Shown here: piece by piece, positions 1 through 11,328 of the stretch
Layout: every line of letters begins with the position of its first letter
Numbering within the stretch: position 1 is the stretch's first letter
NCBI GenBank assembly: GCA_002104905.1
Contig: MCFE01000190.1
Span: 62,001-126,000, forward strand
Source of the DNA: Basidiobolus meristosporus CBS 931.73
Lineage: Eukaryota; Fungi; Basidiobolomycota
Reading direction: 5' to 3'
Length of the DNA: 64,000 nucleotides
Notes under the pieces: model-generated
Told to the model about the DNA's origin: nothing
Database searches by the model: none
What the model saw: the letters and a program-made list of their open reading frames with translations, nothing else
Program-made: the position numbers and the translations under genes

Positions 1-401
1 AATGCCACCCATTTGGCACACAGAGCAATAACCTAGCGAATCATATTTTGAACCTGATGTTGTGATATAGTGCCATCATGGATTTTTAGAGTTGCCATTG
101 GGATATATGGGTTTTATCATGGATGCTTATAGTCTCGTACCATTTCATCCGAAAAGTTCCGATGCTTTAGCAAGAATTTTGATCTACTACGAAGGACAAA
201 GCATTCACTGATTAGCAGTGTCGGATGTATAAGGATTAGGTGCAAATTCAGCATGATGATTGCAAGTAGTAGTAGCATCTTAAGATCAAGGACTACGTTA
301 TAGTCGAATTAGTGGAGCCTGTCAACACTTCATGTTGCAAGGTATACCTTGATTCTATATCCCTATGAAAAATCTCAAACTTGGAATTCATCTAATTTTT
401 A

Positions 402-456
402 GCTGGTATTCTGCTGGTATTCTGATGGTATTTTGCTGGTATTCAGCTGGTGTTTT
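402..456. repeat. 11-bp tandem repeat (GCTGGTATTCT-like) x5; degenerate second copy at ~615-660
   Basis: Units gctggtattct/gctggtattct/gatggtatttt/gctggtattca/gctggtgtttt read directly; the anchor aaacttggaattca occurs at 377 and 615, each followed by the repeat. Confidence 0.85.
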
Positions 457-850
457 GGGTTCAAAATTTCAAATGCAGTTTTTGATGGAAGTAATGAGCA
501 GCTAATTACTAAATTTGGTATGGATGCTAGTTTGCCTAGTCTCCTCCTGGACAACTTGTTTACTTGCCTGCCCATCAGCTCAGAACAGAGATTTTGAGAG
601 TTGTCAATTTTGAGAAACTTGGAATTCAGCTGATACTGTGATGGTATTTTGCTGGCCTTTTGTCAATTTTTTTTTCTTAGGGTATACTATTAAGCTTCTA
701 GAAAGGAAATTGGATTTCAGAATTGTAGAAATACTGACAGGTAACATTTAGTTGTACTATTAAACTCTCACAAAAGTCAAACTCTTTGTTTTACTAGATA
801 CATCGTGCCATCTTTATACTTCAAGCCCACTTCTACAGTTCCTCCGGTGC

Positions 851-1499
851 GTATCAACCAAATGAAATGTACTTGATGATTTTAAAAGGTAGAGATCTAC
901 AATTTCAAAGCTATGTGTACCATGAGAGCAAATATCAAATCATTAAAAGCATCCAACGCTTTGTATACATAGATTCGTTGCCTTTAAATACCAGCATAAA
1001 ACCTAGTCAGCTACAAGTTTGTTCCGGCCACCTTGTGGACAAATATTCATATTTCCCAGATGGGCTTGGGCCAGAGTAGCCTTCATACCAAGCTTGGCAT
1101 TAGCCAGCTCATACATAGAGCTTAAAAAGTGCATGGTTGTCTTCAACTTACTGAGTACAGCATTTGTACTTAAGGAGCATCTGTGCGCAGAAGAATAGCG
1201 ATAATAAGCTGCTGGGCTATTTTGTTATATTTAAGGTTTTTGATAGTTTCCTGAATCTACTCTTCCAAAGAATTGATAAGTATCTTAAGAACTACGTTTT
1301 AATCAATACTTGGCATTCAAAAAAACTTTGCAAGTAGCAAATCAGAATGCACAAATAATGCTAGCATCCAGCTAAATAATGGCAATATTCAAAATGCATT
1401 ATTCCAGATTATGATGATTTCAGACTTGACCAGTATCTTGCATAAAATTAGATTGACTGAGTAGTCAAGGCTGAGAAGTTGGCGGTATTGAAGTGGTTT
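851..1499 (+). mobile_element. Decayed hAT-like DNA transposase remnant
   Basis: Collinear broken motifs: VSTK*N..MYLMI (cf. hAT TRWNSTYxM, 851-881), IDKYL (1272-1286), IML[D]PAK with 1-nt insertion (cf. LDPRxK, ~1358-1377), LDQYL...VLKW (cf. hAT dimerisation domain ELxxYL...LxWW, 1425-1496); many stops and frameshifts. Confidence 0.5.
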
Positions 1500-2210
1500 G
1501 TGAGGCCCCCATATCTCTACGCGTCTCTCCGTGCTATTTGGTTTTTGCAACTAAACCAAGAAGTGAATATACTCCGACTTCTATGTTTCACCAAATCACC
1601 TCACAATTGTCAACTTTTACTGTGGGAAAAATTATGGATTTTACTCATTTGAATTACTAGTAATATCATTACTTCTACTCTATGATCAAGTAATCTAGTA
1701 ATACTTTTTGAGCAACTCCACACTGATACAGAAAACCCAACATCTGCTTTCGGGTACTCCGCTTTGCGCTTGCTTCAGCTTTCTTACTCTCGAGTCCTTG
1801 GAATGACGCTCCTCAGGCCCTTATCCCGTTTGTAAAGTTATGAAATAATAATCTTGCTTTTACATGTAACTTCCGATCAAACCCCTTTTGTGTGGTAAAA
1901 TACTCGTGTAAATTACATCGCTCTGGAAATAATCAAGTATAATGAAGATCTATCTGATGAAGGCATACTCATTCTCTTGGCGATACTGATCATGATTAAT
2001 CGAATCATCAGAAATTGCCAGCATGTGATTTGAAGTCGTTTCTGATAGGTGAAATTGCGAAGTGAAAAGTACCCATTCCGTGGGATTGAGGTCTCCCTCT
2101 TCTGAACTCTGTTCATTTACTATTCGATAAGGTAATTTATCCATACAGCTTAAGAATCCATCCGTTGAGGAATACAGAACTAATTCATCTCAAACGACAT
2201 AGTTTAAACC

Positions 2211-2726
2211 ATGGAGGCTGTCCAAACTTTCGGTCGTAAGGTATTTTGTTTGTCTATATCCTCTCGACGCCCCAAAGCGTTGTTGATGGTTAACGAGAGA
2301 CTGACCACCAAACCCTTTGATTTTGGCTGATAGAAAACCGCTACCGCCGTTGCTTTCTGCAAGCGTGGAAAGGGTATGATCCGTATCAACGGTTCTCCCA
2401 TTGAGCTTGTTGAGCCCGAAATCCTCAAATTCAAGGTCTACGAGCCCATCCTTATCCTCGGCGAGGATAAGTTCGCTGATGTTGATATTAGAGTGCGTGT
2501 CCGTGGTGGTGGTCATACCTCTCAAATCTATGCTATCCGTCAAGCCATCGCCAAGGCCATCGTCGCCTTCTATCAAAAGTTCGTCGACGAAGCCTCCAAG
2601 AAGGAAATCAAGGAGAAGCTCGTTGCCTACGACAGAACCTTGCTCGTCGCTGATCCTAGACGTTGCGAACCCAAGAAGTTCGGAGGTCCAGGTGCTCGTG
2701 CCAGATACCAAAAGTCTTACCGTTAA
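2211..2726 (+). CDS. RPS16: 40S ribosomal protein S16 (uS9); exons 2211-2240 and 2334-2726
   Basis: Spliced [10 protein letters not shown]|KTATAVA...[28 protein letters not shown]...[22 protein letters not shown]; 93-nt GT-AG intron with CTGAC branch. Confidence 0.97.
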
Positions 2727-4716
2727 CCGAATTTTTGGTTACTGCGAATCTCTCGAGTGCATTCGTCTATTCATCGCAATTAATAATAAAATCAGCGTTA
2801 TATGTACTACACGATTGGTTGACGGGTTTTGGATGACCTATATGCTCATGAAATGACCATCGTTGGGAACGGTTCAAAATGATGCAAAGATGCTTTGCTT
2901 TATCGAGCCAGCGAATGCTTCAATGGTAACCCCTTGCCTGGTATCACAAGATCATGAAGCACAGGTGGGTAGAGGGGATGTTTGCTATTCCTGATATGCT
3001 AACCAGCAGCAACAGAGATTGTGAGGTAGAAAGAATTGTCTAGCCACTAGGATCTTCAATGATCGTCTCCAGAAATTCGAGTAGTGCATGCTATCAGTAA
3101 CACAAACAATCAAAATGGCTTCTATTCCTCATTAAACACAGTATATTGATTTGTATTAATTAATTAGGGATACGCTCCAGACGACACGATTAAGGCGAAG
3201 CTCTTGTGAGTTTCTTCTCCGACAAGTGGCAACCTCAAACCCAATGAATGACGAGGCACTACTTATCATGATATCTGACCATATGCAGTGCAGAGCAAGG
3301 ATGTGGACCTTTTAGACCTTGGTATCTGTTGGCCCAATATCTGTAGTACCAGATCGCGTGCCAGCCCCAGTAGGGAGGCAGACCAGCATCTATCTACAAA
3401 ACTACGGCTTTTGCTTCATTCAGATGGGATTTTTGTTACGATTTCGTGTTTTCAGGGGAATTTTTATCGCCAGATGTCATCTATATAGTAGAATACTATG
3501 GGGTCTTGGGTTCATAGAATATGCCTTCCAACTATGGGTGTGTGTCCCCAGTTTTTAAATTGGTTTTCCTACTAATCTAAAAAAGGCTCGAGAGGCGTGC
3601 TTGTGCCTGTAACTAGTTCATAGGGTATTGCTGTTATGTGTATGCAAAGTGTGTAGTCACTGGCGCCTGCCGACCCTTTGGTGGCTCTACCTCGTAATCT
3701 TGTCATGGGAGATTGCGTCGTATCACATTCAAGACTTTCTACTCACAGGTATTGGCCTGGCCGATTGTTAATGTATGTGCCTTTCTGGCTCTTTCAGGCG
3801 CTCGTTAAATCTAGGTTGTATTTCCCGAAAGATACTTCAAAATTCTCTCGATGATGGGCTCTAGGCGTTGCTGCTTCTGGTAACAGTCATGATAGATTGG
3901 GTGGTCAATTTGCTTGGCTACAGGTTGAGTAGATATCTTGCACGATATAGTTGGTGTAACAGAAGGTATTTCTGAGAAAATGGTGACTGGCGCGCAACAT
4001 TACATAATCGCCCACTTTCTAGACCTGATCTAATGTCACGAGATAAGTGCATCATCGTTGGATAAGCAACCAAACAATCTATCACATGATGCCAATGCTG
4101 TTGACCATTGTGTAGATCGCAAACTGATATTCCTGAGAGGTTAGCTTCGATTGGGTCACTCTGAGTTTTGGGAATAGGATCGCGTGGGGATTATCCTAAG
4201 GCCACCTTGGCAATTGCGAACCTGTTTGTCCATTGGCATTGATCTTCCCAGGATGGACGACGTTACGGCTACTCCCTGAGAACGGTCTGGCTGATCACTA
4301 CGCAGAGCCACTACCAATAGTGCCCTTGGTCTAGAATGACACATGGGCTTTGATTCGAACTAACCACGTTTGTATCTTGGCAAATATGGTATCTATGGAT
4401 GAACACTGCGACTCAGGTGACAGGTGGGATTGCTGTTTAGCCAGGGGCGGTAGGCTGGAAGCAGAGGCAAAGGCTTACATGAGAACCATTTATTCAAGAT
4501 TTCCTTATTTCACATTAAAGGTTGTCAACATAATTACAATAACAAGGGCAAGAAGGAATGGAGAATGCGCCCAATAAAACTCATCATATTTGCTATAGGT
4601 CAATTCAGAAAAGATGTAGAATTATTAATACAACATATAACGAAACGACACCGCAAGCAGTGACCTGGCTACATCGACAATATTACAAAGCTCCGAATAG
4701 GCTGATGGGGGACACT

Positions 4717-6303
4717 CTAGGTGGTATACTCCTGGGCGCTTGGGAAATAAAGAGGGTTCTGAAGAGTATCAAGACAGCTATCTGCCATACTCCGGGTGGC
4801 GGTTGGTGTCGGAGAATTTCGAGATGAGGCGGTATGATTCATGTCAAAATTGAAAAAATTCAGCCTTTCCGATAGCTTCGAGTTTTTGGGTGGATTTTTC
4901 CCTCTTGCTTTAATTGATTCGGTGGCGATCGATAAAGGTCCATCCAAACAGCCATTGGCCAAATCGATATTGTGGTACAAAGCATGATTGGTTGCCTGGG
5001 TACCTGCAAAGTCATTCGCGTGAATATTGAATTCGCTGTCCATTTGCATGTCGAGCTGGCTTGTCAGATCTGAGGTAAATGGCGTATGAATGATGGGTTC
5101 CGAATGCGTACGACCATTCAAGCGACTAGGCTTTTGAATCTTACTTGGAGCTGGATCAACCATCAAGGTTGCTTCAGAACTGTCTGGAATAAGAGGCAAA
5201 GAGTGTGGAATACTGGCTGTTGTGGCTGAGACAGGTGTTTCCATGAGATGGGGAAAATTGTCCGCTTGGAATTTAAGATCCACACCGAATGTAACCGCCG
5301 AATTTCCTCGCTCGTCCATGAAAAGATTATCATTCTCGGCTATTGTGCTTAAGTGGGGATTTGGTGCACTGAAGCCGATACTTTCAAACGTTTCGGGAGG
5401 GTAGGAGTTGCGCCGAGGGTTGGTCAGAGGCGGAGTAAGAGTGTTTTGGAGAAGCAACTGTTGGAAATTCCCGTCGGTTGTACTTAGTTGCTCGCTTGAG
5501 GCAGTATCAGCAACTGAGCAGAAAGGTGTATACGAGTGAAGCCCGTTCAGCTCATCAACAGGGCTGGTGACGGTCATAAAGTTTTGCGATATGTCGCGAT
5601 ACAGGAAAGCCGAGGTGGAGGCAGACTTAGGGTCGGATGTTATTTGTATGGATGGTATGTCAAACGAATAATTCCGTTTTAAGGCGCGAGCCTGTTGATA
5701 GTCCATGCCTAGGTTCTCCATACCATGGTCATGATTGAGCTTCAAGGAGGTGGCACGTTTTGTTTTTGGTCTTTGAGCGGAGGCTGAGTGTCCCGGTAAG
5801 AATTTATGCTTGGAAGCTGCTTGAGAGTCTCCGCCAGAGGAATTAGAGGGCAGATCCGTTTGGAGAGGTGCAGAGGATTCAAAAAGTAGTTGTTGGCTTT
5901 GCGCAAAGTTGTTTGAATCCGTAGAGTTGATACTAAAAATCAGGCCATCTTGACTGTCACCACTGGACTCTGAGCTTCGGCCTTGCGTGGAAAGCTGCCG
6001 ACTCTTCGCCTTCGCTCTTCTATTCTGAAACCAGACTTGAACTCCGCGTGGAGTCATATTGAGTTTTTGAGCTAGCTCTTTTCTAATGGAGCTGTTGGGC
6101 TTTGGGTTTTCTTGGAAAGCGCTCTCTAAAATGGAAAATTGCGTTCGCGTAGTTCTTTTGCGATGTTTAACCTCGTAAGGGTTATAGAAGGATGTCCTAA
6201 ACTCCCCATGGGGAGTCTGATGAAATGTTTCAAACATTGAGGCACTGCTAACTTTTTGAAGAGATGTCTGAGGGTTTTGTGATGGTGCTGCCTTTAGACT
6301 CAT
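4717..6303 (-). CDS. Homeodomain transcription factor (N-terminal homeobox, long Ser/Pro-rich disordered tail)
   Basis: KHRKRTTRTQFSILESAFQENPKPNSSIRKELAQKLNMTPRGVQVWFQNRRAK is a canonical homeodomain; single ORF; start taken at MSLKAAP (6303), ORF open to 6330. Confidence 0.92.
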   Translation of the reverse strand: MSLKAAPSQNPQTSLQKVSSASMFETFHQTPHGEFRTSFYNPYEVKHRKRTTRTQFSILESAFQENPKPNSSIRKELAQKLNMTPRGVQVWFQNRRAKAKSRQLSTQGRSSESSGDSQDGLIFSINSTDSNNFAQSQQLLFESSAPLQTDLPSNSSGGDSQAASKHKFLPGHSASAQRPKTKRATSLKLNHDHGMENLGMDYQQARALKRNYSFDIPSIQITSDPKSASTSAFLYRDISQNFMTVTSPVDELNGLHSYTPFCSVADTASSEQLSTTDGNFQQLLLQNTLTPPLTNPRRNSYPPETFESIGFSAPNPHLSTIAENDNLFMDERGNSAVTFGVDLKFQADNFPHLMETPVSATTASIPHSLPLIPDSSEATLMVDPAPSKIQKPSRLNGRTHSEPIIHTPFTSDLTSQLDMQMDSEFNIHANDFAGTQATNHALYHNIDLANGCLDGPLSIATESIKARGKNPPKNSKLSERLNFFNFDMNHTASSRNSPTPTATRSMADSCLDTLQNPLYFPSAQEYTT

Positions 6304-9300
6304 TCTGAAAAATACTATGGCAATACACACAAGTGATATACGATGCTATGAAAGTTAAGGATGAGGGATGCCACTCAGAATGCTTTGAAAGGTAGAGGAT
6401 TAACTGAAATGGAAATGGAAATAAGGACAAGGTTTTATTCGAATTATGGTTTCAACGCTCGATATTTATGGAAGAGAGCATTACAATAGAGCCATGGCGG
6501 CTTGACGAGTTGTTTGCTTTAGAAAATCCCTTAAGCTTTCCAGGCCGAAATGGACCATCGTTTTGGTGCTATACACCAATCATAGTGAACGTATTTGGTA
6601 GCTCGCTTACTCGTATTGATTCTTCCTGAGTCCATTTCTAGAAGTAAATCATTGTGGAGTCGCGAACCGGATAAGCCAATAGAAATCCATTGGAATGTAC
6701 TGTACGCAATCCGAAGTAATATCTGTGTGGGATAGGCAATAGTGCCTATAGAATCTCAGGGCTCTGATTCTCCATAGAACTCGATACTTTCACAGATACT
6801 ATTAGCCAGTAATCAAGATTTGTTCTTATTGATTTTCAATACTATATGTTTATAAGGCAATTTATGGAATTTTACTCGAACGGTCTTTAAATTGATACCA
6901 TATTTGGCATCAGGAGACGAAACCTTACTTTTAACAACAAAAAGAATGTTCATACCGACGTGAGTATAGTGATTCTTAATGATCCCTATTTTAAACTAAT
7001 GGCCCCGAGGTGGTGGACGCTATTGATATGTGCTGGTGCTATCAGCAGATGCCAGGCTTATTTCCTTTACAATCCAATGCGTCCTGGAGGACGCGAAAGT
7101 TCAAACCCCAGAACTCGTTGTAGTACCTTGTGTATACATAACCCGTGTAACATAGCACAGATCTAAGCATGAAAGTTACTCTGTAACTGGAACAGAAATG
7201 AGGGTTCTTGCAACAATTGATTTTCATTTGATTCGATAAATGCATTATCATGTTATCTGCAGGTTTGATGATAAAAGGTCGTGGGCTTGATTTCGAGCCT
7301 CGTTGAGCGAATATTCTTGAATTTCGGGTCCGCGTAGCCAGCGACCTCTGATGCATATAATCATGTTTATTGGTACCAGTTTAGAGTTGAGGTAGCTCCC
7401 ATTTCATATTGGTTTGATGTCTTACACTTCAGCTATTAAACCAGGGTCAAAGAGACAACTAATATAACCACTTTCTTGTGGGAGGCTACGCCATCACAAC
7501 GATAACGGGGTAGTGTGTAATGTAGTATCTTCTGTCAATATACACCGAAGAGGCTTAATTAAATGGGTAAATGTGTGAATCGAATTGAGACCTAAAACCG
7601 GAAAAGGTTCCTCCTGATAGCAACCATTTCTCTAGGAAGGGGAGTATAACCTGTCACATTATGGTTGTCAAAATATAAACTAATGCAAAGGATCTTGCGT
7701 ACACTAACAAAAGGCAAAATTGAGAAAAGGCCCGAAAATGCTTCGAAATCCCATATAGGGGATTGTTTGATTCGCACACTTGTCCATAATAGTGTTTGGA
7801 CTCAGACCAGGAGTTCACATTCTCCAAAGGTACTTAAACCAGCAGGTATTAATGATAACGGAGGCATAATAAGTTCCTGAATGTAAAGCTTCAGAACAGA
7901 ATATGCAAATCACCGCTTCCATGAAGGAATGATGGGGTACCATAAGCGGAATGTCACCGATATAATTTGTATAATCGTTAATATAGCTCATTCATTCCAA
8001 ATTTATTGATAATAGGATCAGTGCTGGATAATTCGAACCAGCAAAGCAACGCAATGGCTAGCCAACTTACCCATACATCCTGCAGAAAAAGGCGTGTTTT
8101 TGTCTAGCCCAGTCTATAGCGCGAAGATTTGTGTATTTTCTCGAGACACGCGCTATTGAAGTGTAGGAGGCCTAGTTTCCTGTATTACTCAGACTTCGGA
8201 AAATCCGGAACAGTTTCGTAGAAGTCATGGGTTAAAGAATATTGCCATGGCACTGTGGTGATGCAGTGAAATCTTAGTATTGTGGCTGAGCAAGTGTTAC
8301 GTAAAGATAAGAAACACACTATTATTGGAAATTGGTTGACTGGATATTACCCATCCATTTTATCCACAAAGATTGTTGCTTTTCACGAACATCCGTAGAA
8401 TCCAATCAGTAGCGGGGGATATCTGAAAATGGGCAAGAATTATTGCCATTGCGGGGATTAATTGCGAGTCAGTATTTGGCACAATTACTTCTCGTTTATA
8501 ATCTTACCCGTTGATAAAGTTATCAGTCAACTGTGAATCAGTGGAAAGTTCTAAAAAGGGCCCCGCAAAATCAAGGCCTTGATTACGTGGAAAGCCAACG
8601 TTTGAGATTGCGTTTAACACGAAATGCGGAGTCGGGGTCATTGATTTACAAACAAACACTTTCGTTTATGACCTTTTGGGGAAATGGTTCTGTGCACTAA
8701 ATATGCATTGCACATCCTCAATGCCAAACCAAAACGCCATTGCATGGTATTCCAAGAAATTGTATCCGTCACTAGGTTCAAGTTGCATATTTCAGTTGGT
8801 ACACGTTGTAATTAAACAAATCATAAAGGCCTAATCGCAGCAGAGAATATAACTCGTTCCATGCAATGTAAAATGGAAAAGTGAGCCATGCCAGCATAGT
8901 TAAGCTGCTTTGAAGGATGAAGTAATCATCTTACTACTATTTTATTCGTAAAAGCTATACCAACTTTTTAGTAAATCCCAAACCTTTAAATGCTATCATG
9001 ACTCTTGATTAGGCAATTTCCATCCACCTCTCTATGCTCTCTCTTAGTTGCCGAGTTATGATTTATGGTACGGTATTGTTGCATGAGAGACTGTTGAGGG
9101 AATAATAAACCATCTTTGTTGCCCAGTATACTTCCCCAATATTACCGCTTTACAATGCTCCTGACGTTCTCATGGATTAGCCTATTGTATTATTATCTAG
9201 AATAGTGGCTTTCATCAGAACATGCCTTAAAAATCCATATGTAAACCTTGAGGTGTTCGTTGCAGTATTTTTGTTCCTTGGAAGCGAATTTAAATGAATG

Positions 9301-10723
9301 AAAGCCATGGCACTTGGTTATTCATTAGTTGTGAATTGTGATGTGATTCTTTCATTGAGAATAAACTCTCAGAATCAGATTTGGGAAAAATCACAAATCG
9401 CTTAGTATTGTTGAAGTGCTCAATTGATGGGGATTTTTTCAAGTTGTACGTATATTACTCGATAGTAAGCTTTTTTATATTTGGACATTCTTCCTTTTTG
9501 CTGTATTCCTACCTATTCTATACCAGTGCATAATGGTATTCTACTCCATTTGAAACCAAAGCTCCTTATTACTCAAAACCATTGAAAAGTGACTATACTT
9601 GCATTTTAATTGGAATATCATGTTGTATATATACTCTTCAGTACTTTACTTCAGTATGGTCTTCAAAATTGACTTTTGAAAGGTAGAAGCGTCGCCTCCA
9701 TTGTGTATTTGTTAATGTGAGAAGCCTACGCTCTGGTAACTCTAAATTACTTATGGACTCCAAAGTTTACTAGTCTCTAAGGTATACATTGTAAATTTCA
9801 TAATAATACTGATAATAATTGTAAAAATTTGGTAAATACCCCTAAATATTCACCTAACTTGGTCAGTTAGATCATAGTCTAAAAATCTTAGAGAATTCTG
9901 CGCAAATTGCTCGTCGGGATTTACTTGATATATTTTACCAAAAGAACAGGGATCCAGGACATGAAAAAATCTCAAAGTTGTCCAAACAGTCCCAAATCCT
10001 GCACACATGTTTTTGATGTCTTCATAGACAAATTATATGAGCTTTCTTCGCCAAAAGCATGTAAAAGTAAAAGTACTACTTTTACATTGAATATATCATT
10101 AAGTGAAAACCACATAGTCTACTTGTTCTTTTTGTAAAAATTCGGAATTACACCTAAATATTCATCTAACTTAGTCACTTAGATCATTATCTACAAATCT
10201 TAGAGAACTCTGACCAAACCCCTTGTCGGGATTTACTTGGAATATTCTCCCCAAAATATCAGGTACCCAAAACATAAAATTTTGATAAGTTGTCCAAACA
10301 GCCTCAAGCTTTGCACAAGTGTTCTTGGGACCTTCCTGAGCATACTCTACGTGTTTTTTTGCTAAGACCATGTAGAAGTATAAATACCACCTTTACATTT
10401 AATAAACCGTGCAATGAAGACCACATAATCCACTTGTTGCCTCAAACACTTCTAATTTCCCCAAAACTCTTACTACAAATATCAGGTACCCAAAACTTCA
10501 GATATCGCTAGGTTGTCCTAACAGCCCCAAACTCTACACACTTACTCTTGGAACCATCCTAGACATATTCAAAAAGCTTTTGTCAATACTATCCAAAAGT
10601 ATTTATATTACACTTACATTTTAAATCATAAAGCAAAGCCTACAAAATCTACTTGTTCTCCACATCACTTCTGATATCTCCCAAGCTCATGCAACAGATC
10701 ATGAGACAAAGTGCCTCTCTGGA

Positions 10724-10831
10724 ATGCTAACCACTATTATTGCTGGAAATTTTCCCTCTGCTAAAAAGTTAGATGGATCTAACTACCAAGTCTGGAAAGT
10801 GAAGATAATAAGAAAGAAGCATTGCAAGTGA
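10724..10831 (+). pseudogene. Ty1/copia gag N-terminal stub (35 aa) downstream of LTR and degenerate PBS
   Basis: MLTTIIAGNFPSAKKLDGSNYQVWKVKIIRKKHCK* contains the copia gag start motif KLxGxNYxxWK; 10697-10710 (gatcatgagacaaa) follows CAACA and partly resembles the copia/Hemivirus PBS GGTTATGGGCCCAG (8/14). Confidence 0.7.
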
Positions 10832-11243
10832 TTTGTGCTGTGAGAGCTTTGGAGATACTGGAAATGACTGGGAGAACAAATAAATTATGTGGCTTCTGTT
10901 GTAAGAGTCTTGGGGACACTGGAGGTGAATGGGGAACAGGTGGACTATGTGGTTTTCATTTGATGATTTATTGAATGTAAAGGTGGTATTTATACTTTCA
11001 CCTGATCTTAGCAAGAAAAACACATAGAGTATGCTTAAGAAGGTCGCAAGAGCATGTGTGCAAAGTTTGGGGTTGCTTGAGCAGCTTTGAGATATCTCAT
11101 GTTCTGAGTACCTGATGATTGGTGAAAATATTCTAAATGAATCCTAACAAGGAAATTGTGCAGAATTCCTCAAGATCTGTAGACAATGATCCTGGTGACT
11201 GAGTTAGGTGAATGTCTAGGTGTAACTACAAGACATACAACAA

Positions 11244-11328
11244 CTTGGGCAACAACAAGAGTTTCATGATATTCTCTTGTTGTTTTAATTAGTTCAAGTA
11301 TATTATTTATACTTGTGGGGTATATTGT
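11244..11328 (+). pseudogene. Probable copia RNase H C-terminal tail plus polypurine-tract-like site
   Basis: LGQQQEFHDILLLF* resembles the copia pol end (xTKxLGxxxFxxLxxKLG); acttgtgggg (11311-11320) lies just before a + strand LTR start at 11329. Confidence 0.5.

Noticed and set aside
1950-2144. 64-aa minus-strand ORF head-to-head with RPS16 (66 bp apart)
   Set aside because: No recognisable motif; the splice combinations tried hit stops; may be a spurious ORF or a pseudogene.
2190-2856. Long ORFs antisense to or frameshifted over RPS16 (and similar shadows over SUN, GALE, MOT1, nuclease)
   Set aside because: Explained by codon bias of the real genes.
8569-8584. Perfect 16-bp palindrome AATCAAGGCCTTGATT (also a 14-bp one at 51516-51529)
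   Set aside because: About one such palindrome is expected by chance in 64 kb; no supporting context.
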